A DNA stretch of 64,000 nt, from the NCBI GenBank assembly GCA_029781535.1, contig JAKOWL010000214.1, forward strand, positions 5,550-69,549, written 5' to 3'. The number at the start of each line of letters is the position of its first letter. The stretch's first letter is position 1. A program made the translations under genes and the position numbers. Source of the DNA: Pseudomonadota bacterium (GTDB taxonomy: Bacteria > Pseudomonadota > Gammaproteobacteria > Burkholderiales > Methylophilaceae). Positions 36,679 through 46,481 of the stretch are shown in pieces. The notes beneath the pieces were generated by a model, which saw only the letters and a list, made by a program, of their open reading frames with translations, was not told where the DNA came from and did no database searches.

Positions 36679-37914
36679 ATGTTGAATCTACTTATTTCCC
36701 TTGCAATATTGCAGGTTCTGATTTCAGTTTTACTGGCTTGGCGTGTTTTTAGAAATACATCTGAAACCAAGCTGTTGCAGACACTTGAAGAAAAGCACCG
36801 CGCGATGCTGCTGGATATAAACGACAGCTTGAATAGGCTTGGAGACCGCATCCAGCTTGCCTCACAGGGCAGTGCAGATTTGCTGAAAAATAGTGTGACG
36901 CAAGAGCTGAATGCGACGCGTGATGCGATGCATGGCCTAAGGCTGGCACAAACCGAGAATATGTCCAGAAACCGCGAAGAGCTGCTGGAAAAACTCAACG
37001 CTACTTTCGAGTCGCTGAGCAAGACAGTAGAAGGGCGTCTGGATCTGATCAGCGGCAAGGTCAGCGAGCGCCTGGATGAAGGGTTCAAGAAAACCAACGA
37101 GACGTTTGCCAATGTGATGGCACGCTTGGCGACTATCGATGAAGCGCAGAAGAAAATCGATGGCTTGACGACGAACGTAGTGAGCCTGCAGGAGCTTCTG
37201 GGCGACAAGCGCAGCCGCGGCGCGTTTGGCGAGGTGCAGCTGGAAGGTTTGGTGCGTAACGTGCTGCCAGCTAACAGCTTTGCCATGCAGCATACGTTTG
37301 AGAACGGTACGCGAGTGGATTGCGCGCTGTTTCTGCCAGAACCGACAGGAACAGTGGCGGTGGACAGCAAATTCCCGCTGGAGAACTACAACCGCATGTT
37401 CGACCAGGCTCTGAGTGAACCGGAACGCGCGCAAGCTAGCAAACAGTTCAAGACCGATGTGAAAAAACATGTGGACGATATTGCCAGCAAATACATCATC
37501 CCGAATGTCACGAGTGACGGCGCGGTGATGTTCATTCCGGCTGAGGCAGTGTTCGCGGAGATTCACGCCTATCATGGCGAGATTATCGAATATGCCATGA
37601 ACAAGCGCGTTTGGGTGGTGTCTCCTACTACATTGATGGCCGTATTGAATACGGCACGCGCCGTGCTGAAAGATGTCGAGATGCGCAAGCAGGTGCATAT
37701 CATCAAGGATGAATTAGGCAAGCTGGCCAAGGATTTCGAGCGTTTTGATGTGCGGATGAAGAAACTGGCGGACAATATCCGTCAGGCACATGAGAACGCA
37801 CAGCAGGTGCACATCAGCAGCCAGAAGATTTCGCGACGCTTCGCGCAGATCGAACGTGCAGAGATTGGTGTGGCAGAGACAGATATGTTAGACGATGTTA
37901 TTGATGATAAATAA
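36679..37914 (+). CDS. rmuC: DNA recombination protein RmuC
   Basis: N-terminal TM, a long coiled coil, and an RmuC nuclease-like C-terminal domain (GAFGEVQLE..., DSKFPLENY). ATG 36679 is preferred over the track's TTG 36649. Confidence 0.88.
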   Translation: MLNLLISLAILQVLISVLLAWRVFRNTSETKLLQTLEEKHRAMLLDINDSLNRLGDRIQLASQGSADLLKNSVTQELNATRDAMHGLRLAQTENMSRNREELLEKLNATFESLSKTVEGRLDLISGKVSERLDEGFKKTNETFANVMARLATIDEAQKKIDGLTTNVVSLQELLGDKRSRGAFGEVQLEGLVRNVLPANSFAMQHTFENGTRVDCALFLPEPTGTVAVDSKFPLENYNRMFDQALSEPERAQASKQFKTDVKKHVDDIASKYIIPNVTSDGAVMFIPAEAVFAEIHAYHGEIIEYAMNKRVWVVSPTTLMAVLNTARAVLKDVEMRKQVHIIKDELGKLAKDFERFDVRMKKLADNIRQAHENAQQVHISSQKISRRFAQIERAEIGVAETDMLDDVIDDK

Positions 37915-37937
37915 GATTAAATTTATTACTTAACTAT

Positions 37938-38195
37938 ATGAATATAAAAGTATTGTATTTTGCAAGAATCAAGGAAAGTGTCAATTATTCCAGTGAAGAA
38001 CTTGCGTTGCCGACTGGCATCACAACGGTGCAGTTGTTAAAGCAATATCTGTCGACCCGTGGGGATACATGGGCGAAGATATTTACCGGTAAACTGGTGG
38101 TGCGGGCGGCTATCAACCATGAGCTGGTGGATGACCAGACCGAGATCAAGGCCGGTGATGAGGTGGCGTTTTTCCCGCCAGTGACGGGCGGTTAA
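37938..38195 (+). CDS. moaD: Molybdopterin synthase sulfur-carrier subunit
   Basis: 85 aa, ubiquitin-like, ending in the obligatory C-terminal Gly-Gly (PPVTGG). Confidence 0.9.
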   Translation: MNIKVLYFARIKESVNYSSEELALPTGITTVQLLKQYLSTRGDTWAKIFTGKLVVRAAINHELVDDQTEIKAGDEVAFFPPVTGG

Positions 38196-38209
38196 TACCG
38201 TTTGATGTG

Positions 38210-38668
38210 ATGAGTATCAGCGTTCAAACTGACGATTTTGATGTGGGGTTGGAAGTTGCGAAATTACGCAAGGCCCATGCTGATGCGGGGGCGGTGGTGT
38301 GCTTTGTAGGACAGGTGAGAGATATTAATGAAGGTGACTTGATTGGCAACATGACGCTGGAGCATTATCCAGGCATGACGGAGAAATCGCTGCAAGCGAT
38401 CGAACATGAAGCCAGGAAGCGCTGGAATATATTGGGTGCGACGGTGATTCATCGTGTTGGCATTCTTAAACCGCAAGACCAGATTGTGCTGGTAGCGGTA
38501 GCTAGTGCGCATCGTGGAGACGCATTTCAGGCCTGTGAGTTCATGATGGATTATCTGAAGACACAGGCACCATTCTGGAAAAAGGAACACACCGAGCAGG
38601 GCGAGCGGTGGGTTGAAGCAAAGGCGAGCGATGACGAGGCGCAAGCTCGCTGGAAAGACACGCTCTAA
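38210..38668 (+). CDS. moaE: Molybdopterin synthase catalytic subunit
   Basis: 152 aa, MoaE-like (GAVVCFVGQVRD..., APFWKKE), directly after moaD. Confidence 0.9.
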   Translation: MSISVQTDDFDVGLEVAKLRKAHADAGAVVCFVGQVRDINEGDLIGNMTLEHYPGMTEKSLQAIEHEARKRWNILGATVIHRVGILKPQDQIVLVAVASAHRGDAFQACEFMMDYLKTQAPFWKKEHTEQGERWVEAKASDDEAQARWKDTL

Positions 38669-38688
38669 CTGGATGAATAAAAAGTATC

Positions 38689-40854
38689 ATGCAAATTTTA
38701 AAACCTGAGGATTTGAACGCACGTAACGCTTTGCCGGATCTGGACTTTACCAGTACGGCAGATTTGCTAGGCAACGGCAACGAGATGCACCAGCATGCCT
38801 GGGTGGCGCAAGCAGAGGCCAAGAAGGCCGCCATGTTTGGGCTGAACATGCCGCATGTCGGCTTTAATGTGCTGGTTCTGGGGGCGCAGGGTAGCGGACG
38901 TAGTTCGTTGATGCAGAGCGCCATGCTGGAAGTATCCAGAGCCAAGCATAAATTACATGCCTTGGTGGATTTGGTGGCCGTATGTACTTTTGAAGACGCA
39001 CAGCTACCATCGCTGATAAAACTGCCGGTAGGTCGAGGAGCTGAGCTGCGCGAGGCGATGGACCAGTTCTCGCGGGATCTGGTGGCAGAGATGATGCGCA
39101 TGGTTTGCGCAAAAACTCACCGAGATGTTTTGGCTAGTGTAGAAACCAGATTGCAGAACTCCATAGAAAAGCTTACGCAGCAAATTACGCGGGATTTACC
39201 GGAGCCGGCAAGCCAGCACTTGGCGCGCTACCTGCGGCTGGTAAAGCATGAAACCTTGCAATTCCTGGCTGGCTGGCAGCCACCCACTCAAGCGGATGGA
39301 GAAGGCGTGGAAGCCTTGATGAGCGAGGCCTCATTGGCGCGCCTGCGCGTGAATGTGCTGGTGGATAGTCGCGTGGCGCATGCGCAAGGCTTAAGGCAGG
39401 CGGTCGTCTATGACAACGATCCTAGCATGCAGTCCCTGTTCGGCGCAGTAGAGAGCGTGACCGACGCCACCAATACGCCCGAATTCCTGCGCTTGCGTGC
39501 CGGGAACATCCATAAAGCGGATGGCGGCATGCTGCTGTTGCATTTGCGTGATTTGTTGTCAGATGAGGCGAACGGGGCGCAAATCATCGAAAAACTGCAT
39601 CGCTTTTTGCGTAACGGCACTTTGCAGATCGAGGATACTGGCGGCGGTACGCAAAACACTAATCTGCTACAGGCAAGGACGCTGCTGCCGATACAGGCCA
39701 AACTGGTATTGATTGCCACGCGCGAGGATTTTTATGATTGTCTGGATCAGAATCCGGATTTCTTTGAACATTTTCCGATCAAGGTGGAGTTTGCGGAGCG
39801 CATTCTAGCCAATACAGAAAATTATGCTGCGATTGCCGGGTTCGTTGCGCAAAAATGTGCGCAGCATGGCACCAGGCATTTTAGTGCGGATGGCGTCTCT
39901 TCCCTGATTAACGCCATGCAGCGTTATGAGGAGGACCAAAGCCGTATCAGTACCAGTTTCGCGCGGCTTGAATGCCTGATGCTGGAAAGTGCTGCCTATG
40001 GAAATGATGCGCCTGTCGTCACTGCGGAGCATGTGCGAAAGGCAATCGCAGCAAGATCGGCGCGCCATGCTTACTTCGAAGCGCAGATCCGTGATTCCAT
40101 CATCGATAACGAACTGCTGATCCAGGTGCATGGCGAAGTGGTGGGGCAGGTAAATGGCCTGACACACATCGAATTGGGAGATGCTAGTTTCGGTTCGCCT
40201 ATCCGTATTACCGCACGTTGTTATCCGGGAGCTAAAGGTCTTATCAATATCGACCGCGAAGTGCACATGAGCGGACCAAATCATGACAAAGGCATTTTTA
40301 TCTTGCAGAACTGGCTTAGTGCCAGTTTCTCACATCTGGCGCCCTTAAGCTTGAACGCATCTTTGGTGTTTGAACAGGAGTATAACGGTGTGGAAGGCGA
40401 CTCTGCCAGCTGTGCCGAGCTGTTTGCATTGCTGTCAGCACTTGCTGGGTTGCCTATTCAGCAAGGTGTCGCAGTCACTGGGGCGCTCAATCAGTTTGGC
40501 GAAGTGATGCCAATTGGCGGCATCAACGAGAAGATCGAGGGTTATTTCCGCGTCTGCCAGGCGCTGGGTCTGGATGGGAAGCAAGGAGTGATGATTCCCA
40601 AGCGTAATCAGCAGCACCTGATTCTTGATGCTTCTGTGATTGAAGCTGTAGAGGCGGGCAAGTTTACAATCATTGCCATCGATCATGTGCTGGAAGGGGT
40701 AGCTTATCTTACTGGCCAGGCAGCAGGGACGCCCGATCATTCTGGCAACTATGCATCGAATACAGTCATGGGAAGAGCGCAGGCAATGCTAGCGCAATAT
40801 CGCACCACATTTGAAAGCAACCAGCAGCGGCGCAGCCATAGTGCGGCATCTTAG
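38689..40854 (+). CDS. Lon-like protease with a degenerate AAA+-like module (LonC/YcbZ-related)
   Basis: 721 aa. C-terminal Lon S16 domain with catalytic Ser (GDSASCAE) and Lys (INEKIEG). N-terminal P-loop reads GAQGSGRS (Arg where Lys is expected). The Walker-B position reads GGMLLLHLRD. Confidence 0.82.
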   Translation: MQILKPEDLNARNALPDLDFTSTADLLGNGNEMHQHAWVAQAEAKKAAMFGLNMPHVGFNVLVLGAQGSGRSSLMQSAMLEVSRAKHKLHALVDLVAVCTFEDAQLPSLIKLPVGRGAELREAMDQFSRDLVAEMMRMVCAKTHRDVLASVETRLQNSIEKLTQQITRDLPEPASQHLARYLRLVKHETLQFLAGWQPPTQADGEGVEALMSEASLARLRVNVLVDSRVAHAQGLRQAVVYDNDPSMQSLFGAVESVTDATNTPEFLRLRAGNIHKADGGMLLLHLRDLLSDEANGAQIIEKLHRFLRNGTLQIEDTGGGTQNTNLLQARTLLPIQAKLVLIATREDFYDCLDQNPDFFEHFPIKVEFAERILANTENYAAIAGFVAQKCAQHGTRHFSADGVSSLINAMQRYEEDQSRISTSFARLECLMLESAAYGNDAPVVTAEHVRKAIAARSARHAYFEAQIRDSIIDNELLIQVHGEVVGQVNGLTHIELGDASFGSPIRITARCYPGAKGLINIDREVHMSGPNHDKGIFILQNWLSASFSHLAPLSLNASLVFEQEYNGVEGDSASCAELFALLSALAGLPIQQGVAVTGALNQFGEVMPIGGINEKIEGYFRVCQALGLDGKQGVMIPKRNQQHLILDASVIEAVEAGKFTIIAIDHVLEGVAYLTGQAAGTPDHSGNYASNTVMGRAQAMLAQYRTTFESNQQRRSHSAAS

Positions 40855-41262
40855 ATGATGGCTATGAAACAGTGGGGTGCAGAACATAAATACCGTCTGG
40901 ACAAATGGTTATGGGCGGCTCGATTCTTCAAGACACGCAGTCTTGCGGCCGATGCGATTGATAGCGGGAAAGTGCGCGTGGACGGAGAGCGCACCAAAAC
41001 AGCCAAAGAAGTGAAAGTTGGCATGCTCATCCATATTCGCACGCGTGATTTTGAAATCGAGCTGAATGTGGCTGGGTTGTCAGATATACGTCGCGGAGCA
41101 CCAGAGGCCGTAACCTTGTATATGGAAACTGAGGCAAGCCGATTAAAGCGCGAACAGGCTAAACTTACCAGAGAAAGCGATTTTGCCACGCGTGACCGTG
41201 GAACCGGGCGTCCCACTAAGCGAGAGTTGCGCGATATCAAGAAATTCACGCAAAACTGGTGA
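40855..41262 (+). CDS. hslR: Ribosome-associated heat shock protein Hsp15 (S4 RNA-binding domain)
   Basis: 135 aa with the RLDKWLWAARFFKTRSLA motif. Collinear with E. coli HslR. Confidence 0.9.
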   Translation: MMAMKQWGAEHKYRLDKWLWAARFFKTRSLAADAIDSGKVRVDGERTKTAKEVKVGMLIHIRTRDFEIELNVAGLSDIRRGAPEAVTLYMETEASRLKREQAKLTRESDFATRDRGTGRPTKRELRDIKKFTQNW

Positions 41263-41263
41263 A

Positions 41264-41272
41264 CCCCCCCCC
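41264..41272. repeat. Homopolymeric C9 tract
   Basis: Nine consecutive C, starting 2 nt after the hslR stop and 142 nt upstream of ugd. Confidence 0.95.
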
Positions 41273-41413
41273 GATTTTTCTTGCATAGACCTGGTGAGTG
41301 TTGATACACTTCGTTCAGTTAATGAACGCAGCGCACTGATGCCAGAAGAGTTGCTGGAAATATTGCTTAAGTTAGCGTTCTCGGTAAATGTCCATTAAGT
41401 GTTTAGGAACAAA

Positions 41414-42580
41414 ATGAAAATTGCCATTGCCGGTACTGGATACGTGGGTCTGTCCAATGCCATATTGCTTGCACAAAAAAACGAAGTGATCGCACTGGAC
41501 ATCGTCGCTGAAAAGGTAGAGATGCTTAATCGCCGACGGTCTCCCATTGAAGATATTGAGATTGAAGATTATCTGGCAAGCAAACAACTCAATTTTAAGG
41601 CAACGCTAGATAAAACAGAGGCATATCAAGGCGCTGAGTTTGTAATTATCGCTACACCGACTGACTATGATCCTGATACCAATTATTTCAATACGCGGTC
41701 TATCGAGGCAGTCATACAAGATGTGTTAAGTGTTAATCCACATGCTGTTATGGTAATCAAGTCCACAGTGCCTGTTGGATATACAGCTAAAATCCGCAAA
41801 CATTTTAATTGTGAGAACATCATTTTCTCACCAGAATTTCTACGTGAGGGACGTGCGTTATATGACAATCTATATCCTTCAAGGATTATTGTAGGAGAAC
41901 GTTCCCAACGAGCAGAAGTTTTTGCTAGCTTGCTAAAACAAGGTGCACTGAAGCAAGATATTGAAGTGCTATTCACGGATAGCACGGAAGCAGAAGCGGT
42001 TAAGCTGTTTGCCAATACTTATCTAGCTATGCGCGTGGCTTTTTTTAACGAGTTGGATACCTATGCATCTATCCATGGACTAGATACCAAACAGATTATC
42101 CAAGGAGTCTGTTTAGATCCACGGATTGGTAATTATTACAATAATCCATCATTTGGCTATGGCGGTTATTGTCTGCCTAAAGATACCAAGCAATTGCTTG
42201 CGAATTATAATGAGGTGCCGCAAAGCCTAATTCGCGCGATTGTTGAGTCAAACACCACGCGAAAAGACTTTGTTGCAGATAGCATCATCAAAAAAACCCC
42301 AAAAGTGGTAGGCATTTATCGGCTGATCATGAAAGCAGGTTCGGATAACTTTCGTGCATCATCTATCCAGGGCATCATGAAGCGTATCAAGGCCAAAGGG
42401 ATTGAGGTGGTTGTTTACGAGCCGACATTGAAAGAATCGGAGTTCTTTCGCTCAAAGATTATCAATGATCTTACTGCTTTCAAGCAGTTGTCTGATGTAA
42501 TTGTGGCGAATCGCGTGACAAGCGATATCAGCGATGTCGTAGACAAAGTTTATACCCGTGATCTGTTTGGAAAAGATTAA
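41414..42580 (+). CDS. ugd: UDP-glucose 6-dehydrogenase
   Basis: Rossmann motif [12 protein letters not shown] and catalytic Cys motif [11 protein letters not shown] 41414 is preferred over the track start 41399. Confidence 0.93.
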   Translation: MKIAIAGTGYVGLSNAILLAQKNEVIALDIVAEKVEMLNRRRSPIEDIEIEDYLASKQLNFKATLDKTEAYQGAEFVIIATPTDYDPDTNYFNTRSIEAVIQDVLSVNPHAVMVIKSTVPVGYTAKIRKHFNCENIIFSPEFLREGRALYDNLYPSRIIVGERSQRAEVFASLLKQGALKQDIEVLFTDSTEAEAVKLFANTYLAMRVAFFNELDTYASIHGLDTKQIIQGVCLDPRIGNYYNNPSFGYGGYCLPKDTKQLLANYNEVPQSLIRAIVESNTTRKDFVADSIIKKTPKVVGIYRLIMKAGSDNFRASSIQGIMKRIKAKGIEVVVYEPTLKESEFFRSKIINDLTAFKQLSDVIVANRVTSDISDVVDKVYTRDLFGKD

Positions 42581-42600
42581 ATCAGTAGGGTATAGCTTAT

Positions 42601-42945
42601 ATGCTGACGGACGAATATCGTTACAAGATACTCAAGATTCTGGAATCTAACCCGCAAATTAGCCAGCGTGACCTGGCGCGAGTCTTGGGGATGAGCCTTG
42701 GACGCGTGAATTTTTGCTTGAAAGCTTTGATAGAGAAGGGGCTGCTGAAAGCCTCCAATTTTCGCAACAGTCAAAACAAGCTGGCTTATATGTATCTACT
42801 GACACCGAGCGGCATTGAAGAAAAATCACGGATGACCGCACAGTTTTTAAAAATCAAGTTACAGGAATATACTGCATTGAAACGGGAAATCGCTGAGTTG
42901 CGTGAGGAAGCCAAACTGCTGGAAAAACAAAGGAGTGCAGCATGA
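42601..42945 (+). CDS. MarR-family, EPS-associated winged-helix transcriptional regulator
   Basis: 114 aa with the wHTH ISQRDLARVLGMSLGRVNFCLKAL and a C-terminal coiled coil. The stop overlaps manC (ATGA). Confidence 0.8.
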   Translation: MLTDEYRYKILKILESNPQISQRDLARVLGMSLGRVNFCLKALIEKGLLKASNFRNSQNKLAYMYLLTPSGIEEKSRMTAQFLKIKLQEYTALKREIAELREEAKLLEKQRSAA

Positions 42946-44342
42946 CTTCTTACGCCGTGATTTTATGTGGTGGCTCAGGCACGCGTCTATGGCCATTGTC
43001 ACGCACCATGCAGCCTAAACAGTTGCTGGCTTTGAACGGCACGCAGACGCTCTTGCAGCAAACCGCTGGACGCTTGCTGAAGCATGTGGCACCCGACAAA
43101 TTATTCACTGTAACTCATGAGGACCACAAGTTTCAGGTCAAAGGCCAATTGGCTGAGTTAGCAGTAGATGCAGTGGTAAACGTACTGGCAGAGCCCATAG
43201 CACGTAACACCTTACCGGCCATCGCATGGGCGGTCTATCAAATTTATCAGCGTGAACCTGGTGCAATCATTGGTGTTTTTGCTTCTGATCACGCGATAGA
43301 TAATGAAGCTGCATTTTTGCAGGCTTGGCAAGCTGCGGAACAAGTTGCCCAGCAGGATTATCTGGTGCTGTTAGGAATCAAGCCCCACGAGCCCGCGACG
43401 GGCTATGGCTACATCAAGCCAAATCAAAATGAAATTGCGGGCGGAAAGATGCCCGTTTATGAAGTTGAAAAGTTTGTTGAAAAACCTGACCTATCACGTG
43501 CTCAGGAGTTTCTGAAGCAAGGTTTCTTATGGAACAGCGGCATGTTTGTTTTCAAGGCTAGTATGTTCATGGCAATGCTCGCAAAATACCAGCCTGGGAT
43601 TGATAAGCTGGTGCGTGGACTCAAACCAGAAAGTCTTGCCGAACAGTACGCGCAATTCCCGAACTTATCTATGGACTACGGTTTGGCAGAAAAGGCAGAA
43701 AAAGTCGCCGTAGTGCCGGTAGATATGGCATGGAGCGATTTGGGCAGTTGGGATTCTCTATATGCCAAACGCCCGAAAGATGATAATGGCAATGTATTAC
43801 ATGGAGATGTCTATAGCGAAGACACAAATAATAGCCTGATCTGGGCCAGCCGCGGCGTGGTGGCGACATTGGGGCTGAAAAATATCGCCGTGATTCAGAC
43901 GACAGACGCAACTCTTGTGTGTGACCGCAGTAGAGCAGAAGATATCAAGAACCTGGTCGGAAAGGTGAAAACTAGCCGCCCTGATTTAACCGAATTCCAT
44001 CGCACCGTACATCGCCCATGGGGCACATACACAGTTCTGGAAGAAGGATCTAATTTCAAGATCAAGCGCATTGTCGTCAAGCCAGGGGCGAAACTGTCCA
44101 TGCAAATGCACAAACACCGCTCCGAGCATTGGGTGGTAGTTTCTGGCGAAGCGACTATTACCAACGGTGACATGGAGTTTACGCTACAAGCCAATCAATC
44201 GACCTATATACCCAAGACACATCGCCATCGCCTGGCGAATAATGCTGCTGAGCCATTGGCGATTATCGAGGTGCAGTGTGGTGATTACGTGGGCGAGGAC
44301 GATATTGTGCGGTTTGATGATACTTATGGTAGGACGGGTTAA
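42942..44342 (+). CDS. manC: Mannose-1-phosphate guanylyltransferase / mannose-6-phosphate isomerase
   Basis: 466 aa with the GGSGTRLWPLSR nucleotidyltransferase motif and a C-terminal cupin (HRSEHWVVVSGEA). Confidence 0.93.
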   Translation: MTSYAVILCGGSGTRLWPLSRTMQPKQLLALNGTQTLLQQTAGRLLKHVAPDKLFTVTHEDHKFQVKGQLAELAVDAVVNVLAEPIARNTLPAIAWAVYQIYQREPGAIIGVFASDHAIDNEAAFLQAWQAAEQVAQQDYLVLLGIKPHEPATGYGYIKPNQNEIAGGKMPVYEVEKFVEKPDLSRAQEFLKQGFLWNSGMFVFKASMFMAMLAKYQPGIDKLVRGLKPESLAEQYAQFPNLSMDYGLAEKAEKVAVVPVDMAWSDLGSWDSLYAKRPKDDNGNVLHGDVYSEDTNNSLIWASRGVVATLGLKNIAVIQTTDATLVCDRSRAEDIKNLVGKVKTSRPDLTEFHRTVHRPWGTYTVLEEGSNFKIKRIVVKPGAKLSMQMHKHRSEHWVVVSGEATITNGDMEFTLQANQSTYIPKTHRHRLANNAAEPLAIIEVQCGDYVGEDDIVRFDDTYGRTG

Positions 44343-44454
44343 TTTGGTGACGGCAATCACTATTGGACAACCGATTGTTAAATGGGTTGAGTGGTATAGG
44401 CATACATGTGGGAATGAGGCACGCTAATGCCTGACATGTTTGTAATTAGAATAC

Positions 44455-45696
44455 ATGCTTCGTAGTCTTGCGGTTAATAGCGCAGTGCTAGCGATGCAAT
44501 ATGCGCTAGCCGGCTTGGTTCCTTTATTGCTAATACCCTTCATTGTTCGTGAAGTTGGATTAGCACAGTATGGTGAATTGGCAGTTGCAATGGCATGGGC
44601 AACTTATGGCGTTACTGTTGTGCAATACGCATTCCATATTAGCGGACCTGTCCGTGTGGCTAGGTTAACACATGGGGAGTCGGCCCTTCATGCGGTGTGC
44701 ACTATTGGAAGCGCAAAGTTGGTCTTGTTGCTTGCAGTGCTTACCGTCATATTGATGGTTGTTTTTGGTAGCGTGGTTATTAATAGGCCAATTTCCTTAT
44801 CGCAGATCGTGCTGTTGTTGGGGTTGCCTATAGCTTGGACTTTACATACAGGATGGTATCTTCAAGCTGTTGGGAGGTTTACTTTAGTAGCTCTTATTTC
44901 TGTAGCTGGTACCGCGGTTACCTTAATGCTTGGTTTTTATCTAGTAAGTGGTAACCACCCTAATTCAATGTTGGCAGCAGCGATAGCTATGGTATCAGGG
45001 CCTTTGGTTGCGGGGGGGGGTACTTTATTTTTTTGTGTTCGGCAGTTTGGGCTTGAGAATAGGAAGTTAACTTGGCATTCTCCATTTCAAGAATTATATG
45101 AAAGTTTTCATCTTTTTATTTCTCAATTTGTGGCAGTTCTTTATAGTTCATCTGGTCCAATTGTTGTTAGTGTGCTGGCGGGGGTCTCGCAAGCGGGCGC
45201 TTACAGCGTCGTAGAGCGGGTGTGCAGTGCTGTTGTTGGCGCTTGTCTTCTTATACATGTTGCCGCATATCCAAAACTTGCTCAGTTATATGTGAATGAT
45301 CGGCGAGCCTACCTAAAGCTGTTGAAAGTGGTCATTCTTGCATACTTGAGCATAACAATAACTTTAGCAGCGGTTGCTGCAGTAAACATGCCATCGTTGC
45401 AAGGTTTCTTATTTGGGGCGTCTTACGGACAAGAGCATGTGGCACTTTTGGTTTCAGGTATGTTTTGGGTGATTTTGGGAATATTTGGCCCTGCATTAAC
45501 AGGGTATTATTCTGTAAGTGGAAATAGTAGTCGCGTACTTCCTTTGACAATAAAAATACTAGTTTTGTCAGTTTGTTGTGGAATATTGGGTGTTTTTTTG
45601 TTGGGAGCATGGGCTTGGCTAGCTGCCCTTAGCTTGTCGCAGGTTATTGTCCTTGTGTATGGCTGGAGAGCTTGGCTGAAAGAAAGGTTTAAATAA
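44455..45696 (+). CDS. wzx: Wzx-type oligosaccharide flippase (polysaccharide biosynthesis protein family)
   Basis: 413 aa with about 12 TM helices. Low-GC gene in a glycan locus. Contains a G9 tract at 45012-45020. Confidence 0.75.
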   Translation: MLRSLAVNSAVLAMQYALAGLVPLLLIPFIVREVGLAQYGELAVAMAWATYGVTVVQYAFHISGPVRVARLTHGESALHAVCTIGSAKLVLLLAVLTVILMVVFGSVVINRPISLSQIVLLLGLPIAWTLHTGWYLQAVGRFTLVALISVAGTAVTLMLGFYLVSGNHPNSMLAAAIAMVSGPLVAGGGTLFFCVRQFGLENRKLTWHSPFQELYESFHLFISQFVAVLYSSSGPIVVSVLAGVSQAGAYSVVERVCSAVVGACLLIHVAAYPKLAQLYVNDRRAYLKLLKVVILAYLSITITLAAVAAVNMPSLQGFLFGASYGQEHVALLVSGMFWVILGIFGPALTGYYSVSGNSSRVLPLTIKILVLSVCCGILGVFLLGAWAWLAALSLSQVIVLVYGWRAWLKERFK

Positions 45697-45705
45697 GGAG
45701 ATTGT

Positions 45706-46440
45706 ATGAATTTTAATGAACATCCCATTGAATGGGATGATGCTAAGGTTTCTAGGCTTTGGAATTATTACTCTAGAACTGAGCCATATTCAAATATGTA
45801 TTTTTCTAAATCTTATGGTGAGCAGATTTTAAAGGCAAGCAAATTACCACTTAAGGATGATATTCGTGTGTTGGATTTTGGTTGCGGCCCTGGTTTTATT
45901 TGGGAACATGTATTACGGTTGGGTGCGCTTTGGTTATATACAGGTTTAGATTTTTCACTAGACTCTATTAGTTCTCTCAGAGAAAAAGCGGCTAATCACC
46001 CACAGTTTGGCGGGGCGCAACATGTAAAATCCCTACCAGCGGATCTTGCCGGTGAAATGTTTGATGCAGTATTACTTGTTGAGGTGGTTGAGCATCTCAA
46101 TGATGAGTATCTTGAGACCACTTTGGCCGAAATTTATCGTGTACTCATTCCAGGTGGTGTGGTTGTGATAACAACACCAAATAATGAGGATCTATCACTT
46201 TCAACTAGATTTTGTCCAGAATGCGGATCAATTTTTCATCAATGGCAACATGTCCGTACATGGAGTGTGCAAACTCTTGTTGATCAAGTGCAAAAATATA
46301 AATTTCAATTGAAATTTGCTAGTACACTTGATTTCTCAGCGAAAGGATGGGTGATGAATATGGCTAAGGGGTTGGTTCGTCGCATATTTTTAGGTCGGCA
46401 AGAACAGCCTCACATGATTGCAGTATTTCAAAAAATATAG
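45706..46440 (+). CDS. Class I SAM-dependent methyltransferase
   Basis: 244 aa with motif I VLDFGCGPG, and CPECG...HQWQH resembling a small zinc-ribbon insert. Confidence 0.8.
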   Translation: MNFNEHPIEWDDAKVSRLWNYYSRTEPYSNMYFSKSYGEQILKASKLPLKDDIRVLDFGCGPGFIWEHVLRLGALWLYTGLDFSLDSISSLREKAANHPQFGGAQHVKSLPADLAGEMFDAVLLVEVVEHLNDEYLETTLAEIYRVLIPGGVVVITTPNNEDLSLSTRFCPECGSIFHQWQHVRTWSVQTLVDQVQKYKFQLKFASTLDFSAKGWVMNMAKGLVRRIFLGRQEQPHMIAVFQKI

Positions 46441-46481
46441 CACTGTAGCTTTTCTCAGTTGTATGCAAGAAAGTATAAATA

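Noticed and set aside
36666-37698. 234-aa and 253-aa minus-strand ORFs inside rmuC
   Set aside because: These are shadow frames of the coiled-coil-encoding rmuC gene. Repetitive codon composition keeps the antisense frames open.
41273-41413. Looked for a JUMPstart/ops element (GGCGGTAG) upstream of the polysaccharide operon, and again at 44343-44454
   Set aside because: The motif is absent in both regions.
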